Source of the DNA: Mobula hypostoma
Lineage: Eukaryota
DNA length: 64,000 nt
Direction of reading: 5' to 3'
NCBI RefSeq assembly: GCF_963921235.1
Contig: NC_086097.1
Coordinates: 221,528,001-221,592,000, forward strand
The notes beneath the pieces are model-generated. The model saw nothing but the letters and a program-made list of their open reading frames with translations. It did not search any database and was not told the origin of the DNA. Numbering within the stretch: the stretch's first letter is position 1; every line of letters starts with the position of its first letter. The position numbers were made by a program, and so were the translations under genes. Positions 60,861 through 64,000 of this stretch are shown here, one piece after another.

Positions 60861-62452
60861 CACTGGACAACGAAGATTTTGCTTCCTGAATACTTTTGGG
60901 TGTATTTTATGGATTTTGCAATGCTGATCATGAAAATCACTGTGAAATTTCTCAATCATGCACCATTTTTAAAAATTTGTCTATATTTGTTATATCAATT
61001 TATAATTCAAGTCAGAATAACTGGTGTCAAGATTAAGGAAGGCATTTTTGCTGGTCCACAATTCAAACAGGTCATCAATTTGAAGGGCTTCTTGTAGGAC
61101 TGGAGAAAATCGCATGGAAAGTGAGGTTGTTGAAAATTTTCTTGGCAACTACAGAGCACTAAATTACATGCAGCTGATTGACATCATGCTTTAAGCATGC
61201 AAAACCATGAAGTCCAAAATGTCATTAAGAATAATTTAAGAAGTGGCAGATGGAGTTCAACCCAGAGAAGTGTGAGGTGGTACACTTTGGAAGGACAAAC
61301 TCCAAGGCAGAGTATAAAGTAAATGGCAGGATACTTGGTAGTGTGGAGGAGCAGAGTGATCTGGGGGTACATGTCCACAGATCCCTGTCAGTTACCTCAC
61401 AGGTGGATAGGGTAGTTAAGAAAGCTTATGGGTTGTTAGCTTTCATAAGTCGAGGGATAGCGTTTAAGAGTCGCGATGTAATGATGCAGCTGTATAAAAC
61501 TCTGGTTAGGCCACACTTGGAGTACTGTGTCCAGTTCTGGTCGCCTCACTACAGGAAGGATGTGGAAGCATTGGAAAGGGTACAGAGGAGATTTACCAGG
61601 ATGCTACCTGGTTTAGAGAGTATGCATTATGATCAGAGATTAAGGGAGCTAGGGCTTTACTCTTTGGAGAGAAGGAGGATGAGAGGAGACATGATAGAGG
61701 TGTACAAGATAATAAGAGGAATAGATAGAGTGGATAGCCAGCGCCTCTTCCCCGGGGCACCACTGCTCAATACAAGAGGACATGGCTTTAAGGTAAGGGG
61801 TGGGAAGTTCAAGGGGGATATTGGAGGAAGGTTTTTTACTCAGAGAGTGGTTGGTGTGTGGAATGCATGCCTGAGTCAGTGGTGGAGGCAGATACTCTAG
61901 TGAAGTTTAAGAGACGACTGGACAGGTATATGGAGGAACTTAAGGTGGGGGGGGTATATGAGAGGTAGGGTTTGAGGGTCGGCACGACATTGTGGGCCAA
62001 AGGGGCTGTAATGTGCTGTACTATTCTATGTTCTATGTTCTATGTTCTGCATTCCCATTTAGACTTCTTCCCTGCAAATGTGGCACTGTCACTGACAAGC
62101 ATGGTGAACGGTTTCACAGGACATTGTGGTCATAGAGAAATGGTATCAGGGCGGCTGGAATCTATCAATGTTGGCCGATTATTGTTGGGGACACTGAAGT
62201 GAGAAGACTCAGACACTGAATACAAATGAAAATCATCAACAAAACATTTTTAGCAATTGAACTATTGCAAAGCATCAGCACCATTATGCAATTAAACACA
62301 TTATATTGAATAAAAGTTAATTTCTTGTTCCTCCAAATTCCTATGTGATACAAGTAGTCCGAAATTATATTTGTGTTCAGCTTCAAGTGGTCTATCATAA
62401 ACAATAAAAATTCTGAGGAAGCAACCCCTTTGAAAAAATATGTTGTCCAGTG
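60861..62452 (+). mobile_element. Chapaev3-type DNA transposon, internally deleted, interrupted by CR1
   Basis: TIRs cactggacaac / gttgtccagtg, TTA on both flanks. Transposase remnants KIKEGIFAGPQ, VVENFLGNYRA, LHSHLDFFPAN, SMLADYCW. Confidence 0.85.
61237..62047 (+). mobile_element. Young CR1 3' fragment nested in Chapaev3
   Basis: ORF 61250-61900 FNPEKCEVVHFG...LYKTLVRPHLEYCVQFWSP. (ttctatg)n tail. Confidence 0.95.
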
Positions 62453-62487
62453 TTATATTCAGATTTCAGGAGGAATACATTGATCGT

Positions 62488-62622
62488 GTCCTGCCGAAGG
62501 GTTTCAGCTCGAAACGTTGACTGTACTTTTTTCCATAGATGCTGCCTGGCCTGCTGAGTTTGTCCAGCATTTTGTGTGTGTGTTGCTCAGATTTCCAGCA
62601 TCTGCAGATTTTCTCTTGTTTG
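62488..62622 (+). mobile_element. Penelope terminal unit, hammerhead with core mutation
   Basis: gtc-ctgccga-agggtttcagctc-gaaacgtt-gac followed by the shared terminal unit. Confidence 0.82.
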
Positions 62623-63064
62623 TGAAGAGAAGTTTCTTGCTTTGAATGGAGCTGAAGAATGGAATTCAAAGCTATGTATCACTGAATGTTGAGACACTTT
62701 ATCAACACCATGGTCAGGAAATTTGCATGTAGCTTTCATCCTAAACTCTTCTGTGTCTGTGATATTTCATCCACCACGCCAGGTAGGTGAGTGGCTCTTA
62801 AAAGGATTGGGATTATCCTTAGTTAGCTCCTCAGTCAGGGTGTTCATCATGTTCACAGCCACATGATCACGAATACCTTAGGAAAGAGTAGTGATTGGAT
62901 CCTCACAATGTGATGCTGCTGCCTGTACTGCTGAGGAAGTATTGTCCAAAGGAAGTCTCCTGCTGCTTCATCATTGTTGTGGATGTACAAACCTCTGCAG
63001 CAGCAGGAATGCTGCACTCAGTGATGAAGACAGACTGCTTGGACACGCTGACAACTCCCGCCTT

Positions 63065-63700
63065 GTAGAGGTTAAGAATGTGGAACCAAGAAGAGTACAT
63101 CGCTGGGCAGGCCATTTGGCCCACAATGTTGTGCTGATCTTGATACCAACTTGTACTAAATGTCCCCCTCATATTTATCATCCATATCCCTCCATTCCCT
63201 TCATATTTAGGTGTCTATTGAAAACCCTCTCAAACTCCACCAAACTATCGACTTCTGTTACTACTTTGGTACCTAGTTCAGGCACCTACCACACTGCATA
63301 TAAAACTTGCCCTCACGTCACTTTTAAACTTCACCCCCCCCCCCAGCCTTAAAAGTACGTCCTCTGGTGTTTGACATTTCCACTCTGGGGATCTGCCTAC
63401 CCTACCCATGGCTCTATCAGGTCTCGCCTCAGCCATTGGTACTCAAGGAGAACAACCCAACTTTGTCCAATCTGTCCTTAAAGCTCATACCATACAATAC
63501 CGTCAGTGCTCAGGTAAACCTCTTATGCACCTTTCCACAGTTCCCATATCCTCCCTCTAATTGGGTGGTCAGAACTGCATGCAATATTCTATGTGCGGTA
63601 TGACTAAACTTTAATATAGCTGCAGCATGACTTCCTTACTCAACACCCTTACCAATGAAGGCAAGTGTGCTATGTACCTTCTTTACCACGTAAACTACTT
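63065..63700 (-). mobile_element. Degenerate CR1 3' fragment
   Basis: aggccatttggcccacaatgttgtgctga tail and CR1 ORF2-like complement. Confidence 0.75.
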
Positions 63701-64000
63701 GGTCGGTTCATCTGGGGATCCAGTCTTTTAGCTCAAGCCACAAGAGAGAGACCAAACCACAAACATTTCTATCATTTGGAAATAAATTAAAATAGCAAGT
63801 TGCTATTGTACCAGACTGACAATAATTGTATACAGCAACTGAAAGACTTATAGAGCACGGTGGCACAGAAACAAGCCCTTCTGCCCATCTAGTTCCTATC
63901 TTTTTCCCCATGTCATTCAACAACATCATCAATGCCTACTTCCTTAATGGCAACTGTTGTTGCTTGAACAAAGTCACTGGAGAAAATTACTGGTAGATAC

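Overview
Vertebrate genomic DNA, most likely a cartilaginous fish (HE1/V-SINE, DeuSINE, CR1, Rex/Babar and Penelope repeat mix; species not determinable). The window holds the 5' part of an Eyes absent 1 (EYA1) gene on the minus strand: a probable promoter and non-coding exon 1 near 55.6-56.3 kb, a 51-nt exon 2, and five coding exons (43749 down to 23408, 541 nt, about 180 aa of the P/S/T/Y-rich N-terminal domain), all with GT-AG ends and matching phases. The phosphatase-domain exons were not found and presumably lie beyond position 1. Most other sequence is intronic transposon debris, often nested. Most notable: (i) a family of short Penelope-derived fold-back insertions with 8-14 bp target duplications that carry a minimal type-I hammerhead ribozyme motif, with near-intact copies in sense orientation in the EYA1 pre-mRNA; (ii) a Tc1 end 16 nt from the start-codon exon acceptor that appears to supply its branch point; (iii) a dual-frame exon 2; (iv) hAT and Chapaev3 derivatives that are horizontal-transfer candidates. 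All homology calls are from recognition of motifs, not database searches.
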